Below the pieces are notes generated by a model that was given only the letters and a program-made list of their open reading frames with translations, did not search any database and was not told where the DNA came from. The position numbers and the translations under genes were made by a program. DNA of 64,000 nt from Chiloscyllium plagiosum. Taxonomy: Eukaryota. Within the stretch, counting starts at the first letter, position 1, and every line of letters begins with the position of its first letter. Positions 50,405-61,975 of this stretch are shown piece after piece. The stretch is taken from NCBI RefSeq assembly GCF_004010195.1, contig NC_057746.1, positions 9,375,183 through 9,439,182 of the forward strand. The letters are read 5' to 3'.

Positions 50405-51058
50405 TCACAGTACAGCACTCCCTCAGTACTGACCCTCTGACAGTGCGGCACTCCCTCATTACTGACCCCCTGACAGTGCGGCAATCCCTCAGTACTGGCC
50501 CCCTGACAGTGCAGCACTCCCTCAGTACTGACCCTCTGACAGTGCGGTACTCCCTCAGTACTGACCCTCTGACAGTGCAACACTCATTCAATACTGACCC
50601 TGTGACAGTGCAGCACTCCCTCAGTACTGACCCCCTAACAGTGCGGTACTCCCTCAGTACTGACCCTGTGACAGTGCAGCATCCCTCAGTACTGACCCTC
50701 TGACAGTGCAACACTCCCTCAGTACTGACCCTCTGACAGTGCGGCACTCCCTCAGTACTGACACTCTGACAGTGCAGCATTCCCTCAGTACTGACCCTCT
50801 GACAGTGCGGTCATCCCTCAGTACTGACCCTCTGACCGTGCGGTAATCCCTCAGTCCTGACCCTCTGACAGTGCAGTACTCCCTCAGTACTGGCCCTCTG
50901 ATAGTGCAGCATTCCCTCAGTACTGATTGTCTGACAGTGCGGTATTCCCTCACTACTGATCCTCTGACAGTGCGGTATCCCCTCAGTACTGACCCTCTGA
51001 CAGTGCGGTACTCCCTCAGTACTGACCCTCTGACAGTGTGGCACTCCCTCATTGCTGA
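50405..51058. repeat. 33-bp minisatellite (cactccctcagtactgaccctctgacagtgc(a/g)g)
   Basis: About 20 units; explains ORFs 50308-51155. Confidence 0.95.
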
Positions 51059-51707
51059 TCTTCCATTGAGCAATAACTTGAAAAACTAACCCGCTGATGA
51101 CGCAGTGCTCACAATGCTGCCAGGCTGACATACCACTTTGGTGTGGTGGTAGCACCAGCTTAATGTCATTTGAGATTTATGCAATGGTCACAAAAAAACC
51201 TTGCCAAGATTTGCGGGTGTTGCAGGAGACCACAATGGTTCATATATCACTGGGCACTGCTAACCTTTGAGATATGCCATTTCCTTTTCTAATACAGCAA
51301 TTCACAATCGCCGAACAGTGCATCAGGTTGACTTAGAGATCAATAATACTTTGTGGTCAGATGTACCTAACTCGTAGATCTGTTGGACCAAACAACCTGT
51401 TTCATTGTTGTAAATACTAAATCACTTCCAGCTATGATAAGAGTCCAGTACCACAGAACATTTTTTAAAACTTGTTTTTGGGATGGATATTGGCGCTATC
51501 AGTATTTATTGCCCATCCTTGTCCATCCATTATTGCCTGTGAGAAGGTGGTAAACCATGTGAATGCAATCTCAATTGACATCTGTTTTGGAATGTAAGAG
51601 CTGAATAAGACCTTCCAGCCTTTCAAACCTAATCCACCACTTGAGTAGGTCCACCACTTGCTCTTGACACTCTTGACTTCACTTCCTATTGTTTGATACC
51701 CTTACTC

Positions 51708-51801
51708 ATTCCTGATGAAGGGCTTATGCCCGCAATGTCAATTCTCCTGCTCTTCAGATGCCACCTGACTTGCTGTGCTTTTCCAGCACCACACTCTCGA
51801 C
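51708..51801 (+). mobile_element. Solo Penelope terminal repeat, hammerhead core mutated (GAAA>GCAA)
   Basis: cctgatgaagggcttatgcccgcaatgtc. Confidence 0.72.
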
Positions 51802-52457
51802 CCTGACTGAACATAATTATTTCAGTCTCAGCGTTCGAATATCCAAATGACCTCCAATTAGGAGAAGCAATTTGTGTTTCAGTTAACATTTATGTTTCAG
51901 GTTAGTTTGCTCCAAACCAACTTCACCTCACCCCTTATCAACAGACCCACTGATTCCTTCCTTCTTCTTGTATTTATCTATTATAATGTACACCTACTCG
52001 TCATTTCCCAATTGTTATGGACTTCAGCTTCTAAACCCTAATTGGATTTAACAGAGAGAATCTCAATGAAGAGAAAGAGAGAGCTTCACCCTCGGATGCA
52101 TCCTTTTCATGAGAAACTGCATTCTGGTTTCAGTCCTTGGTGACCTGGTTCGAATTTTGATCTGACACCCCTTACCCTTGAGTGTCCCACCAGAGGAAGT
52201 AACTTCTCTGGAATTACTTGCATGAAGCTGTCCACCTTGGCCAATCTTCACCTCTATCCCCTCCTTTGAGACATCGCTGGAAACTGACTTCTTTACAAAA
52301 TGTGTCCCCAACATCCCCTGTGGAGTTTAGGTTGGAAAATCTCAATAAATGATGCTCCTGAAGTGTTAAAATGGCTGCAGCAATATAAGCTGTGATTGCA
52401 TCCAGCTTGCAGAACCTTTTTCACATTGCGAATTGATTTGAATGATATTCTCTCCAG

Positions 52458-52733
52458 GCCTGTTCTTCGTCCAGGGAATGTGTGGCTGTGAATTGCACAG
52501 TGATAATTCCACCGATGGGTTTATAAAGCTGGGGTACAATGGGCAAGATGCATTTGTTTTCGATAAGGATGCAATGAGTTGGATCGCATTCAATCCAGAG
52601 TTCCAGGCGTTAGCAGACCGGTTGAATCTCCACACCTTCATGAATAAATACTTCAAGACTCTGTTGGAAAAGGACTGTGTGAAATGGCTGCAGATATACC
52701 TTGAATTTGGACGGGCAGCACTGCAGAGGAGAG
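52458..52733 (+). CDS. MHC class I heavy chain, exon 3 (alpha2 domain)
   Basis: Acceptor ttctctccag, donor G|gtatgg, 276 nt. QGMCGCEL...GYNGQD...SW...LEKDCVKWLQIYLEFGRAALQR, with the canonical C101/C164 pair. Confidence 0.97.
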
Positions 52734-54446
52734 GTATGGTTCACGATTAGTGTCTCAAGTGAAAACAGTGACAATGCCTCACATGCAATTCGTAGACCTC
52801 CTTTCTCATGCATTTTGTTCATGATAGATGTTTCAACATTTCTCAATATCTAATTATTGAGCCCCCAACTCCAACAATTCTTTGTATCTGATCTTTAACA
52901 GGAAGCAACAACACTTGGGCCATGCCTTGCTCTTTCTTGGTAAAGACACAACCCAATTCTGCATTTTTCCTTCAATTCACAATAAAAGCTAGCAGAAATC
53001 ATGCTCTCATTTGTAATTGGTTTCATCTCCAATCTGAAAAGGACTTCTTCCACATACTAGTCCCACTGCTAGAATTATTTTGTTGTGTAATTGAATCCAA
53101 ATGTCACCATCTTCCACAGTGGGATATGAACCTGGGTTCTCTTGGGCATCAGCCTGTAGCTCTGGGTAACTAGGCCAGTAGCATTACTGCTGTGCCCACC
53201 ATCTCCTCGTAAGGAAGATGGGTAGTGATTGTTAGGGGTCAGGCATCTCAACTCCAGAACATGTCTGCAGGAGTTCCTCAGGGGAGATAGTTCCTTAACC
53301 AGCCTACTCAGGGATGTTATTTACACACCTCTGGGGGGGGGGGGGGAGGAGGGGTGGGAGGAGGGACTGGAAATTTGACCTCCTGGCTCAGCAGGAGGGA
53401 CACTACCACAGCAACACAAGGACCCACCTGTTAGTCTGTCTTTTCATCAAATATTCAGAGATGTTATTACACACTGATTGCATAGGTGGGACTTGAATCC
53501 AGGACCTCTAGGCACACTATCACTGCACCATAAGAGCCCCTTTGTCCCTCTTTAATTTATTTATTTTATTCAGTTCTGCTTTCATCCAGAAGTGTTGTTG
53601 CACGCAGCTGAACTTAGTTTTCTTTCCCATCTCAATACCATCTGTGAGCCACCAGCAGAAAATTGTCTCTTTCCAATTGATTAATTTACCCGGTAAGCCC
53701 ATTGAGGGCAATGCGATCTGTCAAGGAGAGGGATAGATAGTGGAGAGTGGTGGTGGGGCTAAATTAAAATTGACTTGGAAGTGCAACTAAAGCATTGTAG
53801 CCTCTGCAGTGCCCACTTCTCTCTAAGGGCATCGAGAGGGTTGATGGACACTGTGTTCTCTGTCTCTGATGACACCTGGGAGCAGCAGTCAGCACAGATG
53901 ATCCCTCTGCCCATGTTTATAGCCAGCCCAGCCAGTCCCAGGAGAGGACACACAAGGATGTTCCCTGATCTGCCCATGCCATCCCAATCAGGTGCCCAAA
54001 GACCACGGGCATATGCCACTCCTTTATAGCTCGCCAGTCGTCTTGCTATGTTAGCAATGATGATAATAGGGCTGTTGCAGTGTAATGTTTGTGTCTCTAC
54101 ATCAGGGCCCTAAGGTTTGGGATCACATCCCACCTTCTCTGAAGATGTGCATTAAAATCTCTTAACACGTTCTCCAGAAGATATCTCTGATGGCTGCCTT
54201 ATATATTAGCAATGAAGATAATACTGCCTTTCTGTCCTTTTGAAAGCTGAAAAAAAGGTGGGTGGCAAACATCAACTTTATTATGGAATGAGCAATGTAT
54301 TATCACAGTCAATTGATTCTTAATTATTCATTATTAGGTATTGGGCAAGCTTCCAATTTCGGTACCCAGTGCACACTTCATACTATGGCGATGAAGGAAT
54401 GTGATAAAATGGACACTTGCCCCATTTTATGTGCCCTTCCAACCCA

Positions 54447-54760
54447 ATGGCGGCATGGTGGCTCAGTGGTTAGCACTGCTGCCTCACAGTGCCTGGGCAG
54501 TCTAGACTTGGCCGACAGTCTGTGCAGAGTTTGCACGTTCTCCCTGTGTCTGCGTGGGTTTCCACCAGGTGCTCCGATTTCCTCACCTAAACCAAAGATG
54601 TGCAGGTCAGGTGGATTGCTTATGGTAGTGTCCAGGGATGTGCAGGCTAGATGGATCAGCTATGGGAAATGCAGGTTCAGATTGATAGGTCTGTTAGGGT
54701 GCTCTTTGAAGGGTCAGTGTGAACTCGATGAGCTGAATGTTCTGTTTCCACACTATATGA
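54447..54760 (+). mobile_element. Older HE1/V-SINE-type SINE
   Basis: Head and central domain present. Confidence 0.8.
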
Positions 54761-55282
54761 GGTCTATTGCATTATTTGATGGAAATACGCCCGGCAGGGG
54801 CACGTATAATGTAGCCCAGCTTCTGGATGACTACTGTGTCAAGTCCCTTCATAATTCTGAAGCCCTTTAGATTATCCTCTCGCCTTCCTCTTTCATGACC
54901 TTCATTTGTCAGCATTAGTCCCATGCCTTCATAGAGGCCTGGAAACAGAAAATAGGAAATCAGGAGTTGGCTCCACAATTCAGTATAGTCATGGCTGATT
55001 ACCAGCATAGTACAATGTTCATGCTTTTGCCTTTTTCCCTAAGAAATATAACTAATGCCTTCTTGAAAACTTTCAATGTTTTGACATCAAACGCTTGCTG
55101 TGGCAACGAATTTCACAGGCCCACCAATTTCTGAGTGACATTTCTGCTCACCTACCTGGCCTACCTGACATCCTTAAACTGTGCCCTGTCCGATCTGAGG
55201 TTGCTGATAATTTTAAAGAGAATTTGTCACAAGTATGCAAATGAAATCCTGCAGATGCCAGGACTCTAGTGGCAGACTAAGG

Positions 55283-55625
55283 TGAGGCAATGGCCTAGTG
55301 GTATTGTCACTGGATTGCTCATCCAAAGACCCAGCTAACATCCTAGGGACCTAGCTTCAAATCTCACCGTTGCAGATGGTGGAACTGGTATTCCATTTTT
55401 AAAAATCAGGAATTATGAATTTAATGATGATGATGGTTGATTGTTGAAAAAACCCATTTGGTTCACTAAAGTCCTTTAGGGAAGGAAACTGCCATCCTTA
55501 CTTGGCCTAATGTACATATGACTCCAGACTCACCACAATGTGGTAGACTCTTAACTGCCCTTGGGGCAATGAGGGATGGGCCATAAATGCTGTGTAGCCA
55601 GTGATGCTCTCACCATGCGAATGTA
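55283..55625 (+). mobile_element. Second, tRNA-headed SINE family (related fragment at 63240-63420)
   Basis: tggcctagtgg head; gtcctttagggaagg / gactcttaactgccct core shared between the two copies. Confidence 0.65.
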
Positions 55626-55766
55626 CAAAGAGAAAAGAAGTCTGAAAGAAAAGGGGAAGAGCCCGACAATTCTGCTTTGTAAACCCGGAGAGAGGAAAGC
55701 AGAGTTTAGATTGTCGGTTAGCAATCTTTTTGATCAGTGATTTTAGTCTTTGTTTAACTCTCTCAG

Positions 55767-56039
55767 TCATCCCTGAGGTGTTCATTAGCAGCAGGACTGA
55801 CGGTGAGCGAGTGCTGAAACTCTCCTGCCTTGTGACAGGCTTTTATCCTGGGGCTATCGAGGTGACGTGGCTAAGGAATGAAGTGGTGGTCCTTGAAGTT
55901 GAATCCAGTGACGTGCTTCCCCACCAGGATGAAACATATCGGGTGACAAAGACAATGGAGGTCAGTCGAGATGGTGGGGAGAGGTACTCCTGCCATGTTG
56001 AGCATGCCAGCCTCATGCGGGAGCTCAATGTACCCTGGG
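55767..56039 (+). CDS. MHC class I heavy chain, exon 4 (alpha3, Ig C1-set domain)
   Basis: Acceptor ctctctcag, donor G|gtaagt, 273 nt. LSCLVTGFYP..IEVTW...LPHQDETY...YSCHVEHASL...PW. Confidence 0.97.
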
Positions 56040-56239
56040 GTAAGTAACAAGTTGAAGGGATGCAGATATCTTCCTCTAGGCCTGGGTTATCAGTCTAATT
56101 CAGAGGGGTATTAACTTATCTCATCTGTCATGGTCAGTGACACTGAGATTATTTTCTAAAAGATGTGAGACCAGTCAAGTTGATTGGTCTTACCAGACCA
56201 CGGGGTTGCTCTCATTAGTGAGAGAGAGAGAGATAACTG

Positions 56240-57015
56240 ATGAGATGCAAGGTATTGAATTTTGGGAAAACAAATAGGGGCAGAATGTATTCGGTTAAAA
56301 GTAGGGCCTTGGTAGAGTGGTAGCATTGAGAAAGCTAATGGTTTAGGTACATAATTCTTTGAAATTTGCAGCACAGGTAGGTAGGGTGGTTAAGAAGGCA
56401 TTTAGCATGCGTGCCTTCATTGCTCAGACCTTTTGAGTACAGGAGTTGGGATGTCATGTTGAGGTTGTACAGGGTGTTGGTGAGGCCTCTTCTGAAGTAC
56501 TGTGTCCAGTTCTGGTCTTGCTGCAACAGGAAGGATATTATTAAGCTGGAGGGGCTTAAGAAAAGATTTACCGAGATGTTGTTAGGAATGGAGAGTTTGA
56601 GTTATAAGGAGAGGCTGGAACCTTTTTCACTGGAGCATAGGACGTTGTGGGGTGACCTTATGGAGGTTGATAAAATCATGAGGGGTACAGACGAGGTGAA
56701 TGGCAGGTGTCTTTTCTCTGGGGTGGGGGATTTTCAAAATGGGGTGCATATTTTTAAGGTGAGAGGAGAAAAATTAAAAAGACATGGCAATTTTTTTTAC
56801 ATTGAGAGCAGTTCGTGTGTGAAATGAACTTCCAGAGGAAGTGGTGAATGCTGGTACAGTTACAACATTTAAAACATGTTTGGATAAGTACATGAATAAG
56901 AAATATTTGGAGGGTTATGGGCCACACACATGTAGATGGGACAATTCAGTTTGAGATTATCATCAGCATGGACTGGTTGGACTGAAGGTGTCTGTTTCCA
57001 TGCTGTATGACTCCA
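56240..57015 (+). mobile_element. CR1 3' fragment
   Basis: ORF 56411..56827 LVRPLLKYCVQFWS...GDLMEVDKIMRG. Confidence 0.9.
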
Positions 57016-57437
57016 TGGGGGTGATTTAACCTGAGGGCCACCATGCCTCCGATGGTGGGAGAAGTTGAGAAGGACCATCCTTCATGATCACCTCATCTTG
57101 TGTGGGAATGGAACCCAGGCTGTTGGCATCATACTGCTTTGTGAATCAGCCATCCAGCCAACTGACCCCCATCAGACCATTAAATGTTACTATTCAGGAG
57201 GATTTGAATATCTCTGTTGACAGGGAGAAATAACAGTAGGGGTATAGTACTTGAGCCTGCATTACTATTCAGTGACTGATCACTGAATATTATTATTAGG
57301 CATTTATTTCTTTTGAAATAACTCCACAGGGGCTAGTATGATGGTACCAAGTCATTTATTTACACATGGAGGGGCTTTGACACTGATCCAGCTTCGCAGA
57401 GCCAGCTCTCTGAGTGAACAGAATCCCTGACACTCCT

Positions 57438-59361
57438 CTTTTTATTTTTTTACTGCTAACCACCACACTACCGCCAAACTGCGGTTATGCTTTTTTTTTT
57501 CCCCAGCACCCATGTTGTGTGTGTGCAGATGTGAGACACAGTGAGAGACACAAGGTGCACGAATCTTTATTCAATTTTCACCACCGGGAAGATCGGAAAA
57601 CACCCGGGTGGCCAGTGACAAGCACTGCCCTTCACAAAAGGCAATGCTGTGTGATCAAACAGTGAAGGGGAGGGTAGGGATTAAATACTACTGTTTTTTT
57701 CCTTTTTCTTTTTTTTCTTCTTTTTTTTATAACCCCCACACTACCGCCTAACCGCGGTAGTGCTTATTTTTTCCCCAGCACCCATGGTGTGTGTGTGCAG
57801 GTGTGAGACACAGTGAGAGACACAAGGTGCACGAATCTTTATTCAATTTCCACCACCAGGAAGAAAGGAAAACACCCAAGTGGCGACACTCCTGTTTATT
57901 TTTTTAATTTTTTTTTGTGACCAGTGACAAGCAGTGCCTTTACACTCTTTTTTTAAAAAATTAAATTAACCCCCACACTACCACCTAACTGCGGTAGTGC
58001 TTATTGTTTCCCCAGCACCCATGTTGTGTGTGTGTGCAGGTGTGAGACACAGTGAAAGACACAAGGTGCACAAATTTTTATTCAATTTCCACCACCAGGA
58101 GGATAGCAAAACACCCAAGTGGCCAGTGACAAGCACTGCCCTTCACATCAAAGGGCAATGCTGTGTGATCTCCTGCTAATTTTTTTTTTTATTAAACCCC
58201 CCCACACTACCGCCTAACCGCGGTAGTGCTTATTTTATCCCCAGCACCCATGGTGTGTGTGTGTGCAGGTGTGAGACACAGTGAAAGACACAAAGTGCAC
58301 AAATCTTTATTCAATTTCCACCACCAGGAAGATAGGAAAACCCGAGTGGCGACACTCCTGTTTATTTATTTATTTATTTTTTTCCTGTTTATATTTATAT
58401 TTTATTAAACAAATTACAAACAAACAGTTTACAAAAAACATTTACAGCTGTACATAAGAGACAGCAATGTTACAAGGGAGAGGAGCAGCAAAGCTAGGCC
58501 CCAAACCCTACCATTCAACCATTTTACAGGGAGATGAGGACAANNNNNNNNNNNNNNNNNNNNNNNNNNNNNNNNNNNNNNNNNNNNNNNNNNNNNNNNN
58601 NNNNNNNNNNNNNNNNNNNNNNNNNNNNNNNNNNNNNNNNNNNNNNNNNNNNNNNNNNNNNNNNNNNNNNNNNNNNNNNNNNNNNNNNNNNNNNNNNNNN
58701 NNNNNNNNNNNNNNNNNNNNNNNNNNNNNNNNNNNNNNNNNNNNNNNNNNNNNNNNNNNNNNNNNNNNNNNNNNNNNNNNNNNNNNNNNNNNNNNNNNNN
58801 NNNNNNNNNNNGGAAGCTTTTTATTTTCTTTTTTTTTTGCTTATTTTATCCCCAGCACCCATGGTGTGTGTGTGCAGGTGTGAGACACAGTGAAAGACAC
58901 AAAGTGCACCAATCTTTATTCAATTTCCACCACCAGGAAGATAGGAAAACCTGAGTGGCGACACTCCTGTTTATTTTTTTATTTTTTTTCTTTCTCTTTT
59001 TTTTTTCTCCTCAAATCCCAGTTCCACGTGTGACAAGACAGTGACAATGACATTTATACATTAGACATACAAAAGTGCAGACAATACAGACCCAGCAAGC
59101 CCCCGCCCCTCCCCTGTTTATTTTGTCTCTTTTTTTTTACTAAAGTGCAGACAATACAGACCCAGCAAGCCCCCGCCCCTCCCCTGTTTATTTTTTTTTC
59201 TTTTTTTTTTACCCCCACACTACCGCCTAAGTGCGGTAGTGCTTATTTTATCCCCAGCACCCATGGTGTGTGTGTGCAGGTGTGAGACACAGTGAAAGAC
59301 ACAAAGTGCACCAATCTTTATTCAATTTCCACCACCAGGAAGATAGGAAAACCTGAGTGGC
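57438..59361 (-). mobile_element. Array of at least 6 co-oriented polyA-tailed retroposon 3' ends plus other tailed fragments, inserted at GACACTCCTGTTTA
   Basis: Units at ~57460, 57732, 57968, 58196, 58839 and 59211 share a 3' end (AATAAA; cactaccgc/gcggtagtg hairpin in most units; T-run on the + strand) and differ in 5' extent. The target motif recurs between units. Confidence 0.8.
58544..58811. other. Assembly gap
   Basis: N run. Confidence 1.
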
Positions 59362-60971
59362 GACACTCCTGTTTATATCTGTCAGCCAGGGCTTCCTGAT
59401 TGGACCAAATCAACAGCCCCAATCAGGGAAGTCATATTCTATGATGTCCACCTGCCTGACCTCATTCCAATCGTTACATCTTTGGCTGACAAAAATCTGT
59501 CAGTGAAATATTTTCAAATTACAAGTTATCGTGGCATCAACGGCTGTTCACAGAAGAGACTTCCAAACTTCTTTCAAGCCCAACTTACTGAAGGTAAAGC
59601 CATGTTATACACAGCGCAAGACCAATTTATCCTTCTCTTGATGTGGTGCCCAAAACTTAATTTGCTGTCTCACCACTTCTTCTCCCAGAGCAAGGTCAGA
59701 GTGTGGAATTCCCTTCTCCAGAAGGTAGTAGAAACTGGGCCTTTAATTTCTTTTCCAGGCTGACTTAGATAGATGTTTGGTGGACATGGAAGTAAAGCCT
59801 GATGGGGTGCAGACAGGAAAGCAGAGAAGAGATCACAGCCATGATTTTCCTGAATTCCAGAGCAGACTTGAAGGACCAAGTAGTATACTCCTACTCTTAT
59901 GTCCTACGTCTGTATCTCGCTATGACTGATCAGACCATAGAACAGATATTTGTCCCATTGTGATTGTGTTGTTTCTAAATTAATACCAAATTAATTCCAC
60001 TCCCTTCCTGAAACCCTGTATCAATCCAAAACAAATCCTAGTCTTCTGTTCTCTCCCTGTGACTCTGTATCAATCCCCAAATATATTCAACTTGTCTGCT
60101 CTCTATCCATACCACTGCATTAATTACCATGTCACTGTCACACTGTCTTCCCATAACTGTGGACGAATCAAATTCCAGTCTCCTGGCTCTGCCAATAACT
60201 GTTGCAGGAATTTCCAGGATCTGGTAGCAGCCCTAGTAGCCTCTGACTCTTGCCTGCAGTGAGTGACCAGACAGGGATCTATAGAATGTGAAAATGGCCT
60301 TTGTGACTGAGCTTTTGCGAGGGATTCCAGAGTATACAAAAAATGAAATGTTGGAGACCCCAAATCACAGAAGCAGGCATACTCTCGGATTTTGTAACAA
60401 GAAATTAGCACATACTAATTAAGAGGTATAGTTACTGAAGTTGAATAATTACTGTTGATTAGGTGTACATCATACATAGAGTAGTAGTACAATTAGCCAG
60501 TCACTATGTAGGTCTGTCTATCAAATTGTAATGTATGGCTAGTGGAAAGGCACTATATTATCAGATCAGAGGACACTGTAGGCTCCAATTTGTCTTTCCA
60601 TAATGATTCATCTCTGACCTGTGTATATCAATTACCTTACCCTGTTTGATTCCTTGGATGTTTTAATGACTTATTTCAAGGCTCAGAGTTTCAACGAATA
60701 AGCAACTTTTGGTTTGACTGTGACATTATCAGTATTGTCCTTTTGCTGTCATGCAAAAAAAAAGTTGGCTCCAAGAACAAATGGTCCCATGTATTTTTTA
60801 ACTAACAGTTTTGTCTCCTTGTGAGTTTTCTGCAGCTAGATGTTTACAACTGTGCTCCTCAAATATTGTTCTGCAAGTTCGTTTCTTAAATTATTATGTT
60901 TTCAACCCTTTCAATAACCCTATGTTAATCCCATTAAGTTATTGCCCCATTTTTTGCCCATAGTTATAAAG

Positions 60972-61285
60972 TCGTAGAATCATTGAGATGTATAGCAAGA
61001 AAACAGACCCTTCGGTCCACCTCATCCATGCTGACTGGATATCCCAACCCAATCTAGACCCACCTGCCAGCACCCGGCCCATATCCCTCCAAACCCCTCG
61101 TATTCATATACACATCCTGATCCTTTTAAATGTTGCAATTGTACCAGCCTCCACCACTTCCTCAGCCAGCTCATTCCATACCCGTACCACCCTCTGTGTG
61201 AAAAAGGTACCCCTTAGGTCTCTTTTATATCTTTCCCCTTTCACCCCAAACCTTTTGCCCTCTAGTTCTGGACTCCCCCACCCCA
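60972..61285 (-). mobile_element. CR1 3' fragment
   Basis: gtaccagcctccaccacttcctc...tagttctggactcccc. Confidence 0.8.
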
Positions 61286-61469
61286 GCCTGTACGAAGCCC
61301 AACGTTAATTCCACATTCTTGAAAGGTAATACATAAATTCAAATGTTCTTTCTCTAATATGTGATACTGCAAGTATAGCATTAGTTTGAAGTTCATTGAA
61401 GTACACTGATTTCATTTTAAAATTATTGTTTATTCATGCCATTTTAATGTAAACTGTATGTGTCAGCAG

Positions 61470-61624
61470 AGCGTATGTCAGATGGAGGCATTAAATTGGA
61501 AACGATGATTCGAGCAACAGCTATCTCGCTCACTCTTCTTGTGATCATCATTGGAATTGGTTTCTGGAGGAAGAGATGGGGTGATCAGCCTGACAGTGAC
61601 AAGCAGGTGCACTCAGAGCACTAG
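61470..61624 (+). CDS. MHC class I heavy chain, exon 5 (connecting peptide, TM, cytoplasmic tail, stop): ERMSDGGIKLETMIRATAISLTLLVIIIGIGFWRKRWGDQPDSDKQVHSEH*
   Basis: tgtcagcag NAGNAG acceptor (start 61467 or 61470); phase 1 fits the alpha3 donor; hydrophobic stretch followed by an RKR stop-transfer; TAG at 61622-61624. Not in the ORF track. Confidence 0.85.
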
Positions 61625-61969
61625 AGACTATCAGAGAGCAGAAGAGCCAAACGGATAACAGCAAACACCAGCAGAGACTGGCAGAGACCAGCAGAGGATA
61701 TCAGATATGATCAGAGACCAGCAGCTGGCCAGAATTCACTTCCCACATTTCCTTGAACCTCTGGGCCCATGACTGGCATTGATGCCAACATGGGCATGTT
61801 TGGTGTCACAGAATGGAAGGAGCTCGGATCCTCCTGATAGAATAATTCCAGCTTCTCATAATGATCTATAGGGAGGCTGGTCCTCCCCCTGGTCTAGAGC
61901 TGGGTTCAGTTCCAGTTACTAAATTTAAAGATTAACGGTAGCAGTGGAATTTTGCATAAAAAGGAACAG

Positions 61970-61975
61970 AATAAA
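61970..61975 (+). terminator. Candidate polyadenylation signal of the MHC class I gene
   Basis: First AATAAA I found after the stop, ~345 nt downstream. Confidence 0.45.

Larger units (their letters stand above)
57314..59478 (-). mobile_element. Solo LTR with 5-bp TSD (tcttt), split by a nested array of insertions
   Basis: tg at 57314 and ca at 59478; tcttt on both sides. Halves 57314-57437 and 59362-59478 rejoin to match the 32500-32732 element. Confidence 0.82.

Noticed and set aside
57438-59361. Repeat-spacer appearance suggesting a CRISPR-like array
   Set aside because: Vertebrate context; units are ~150-230-bp polyA-tailed retroposon ends; no unique regular spacers or cas genes.
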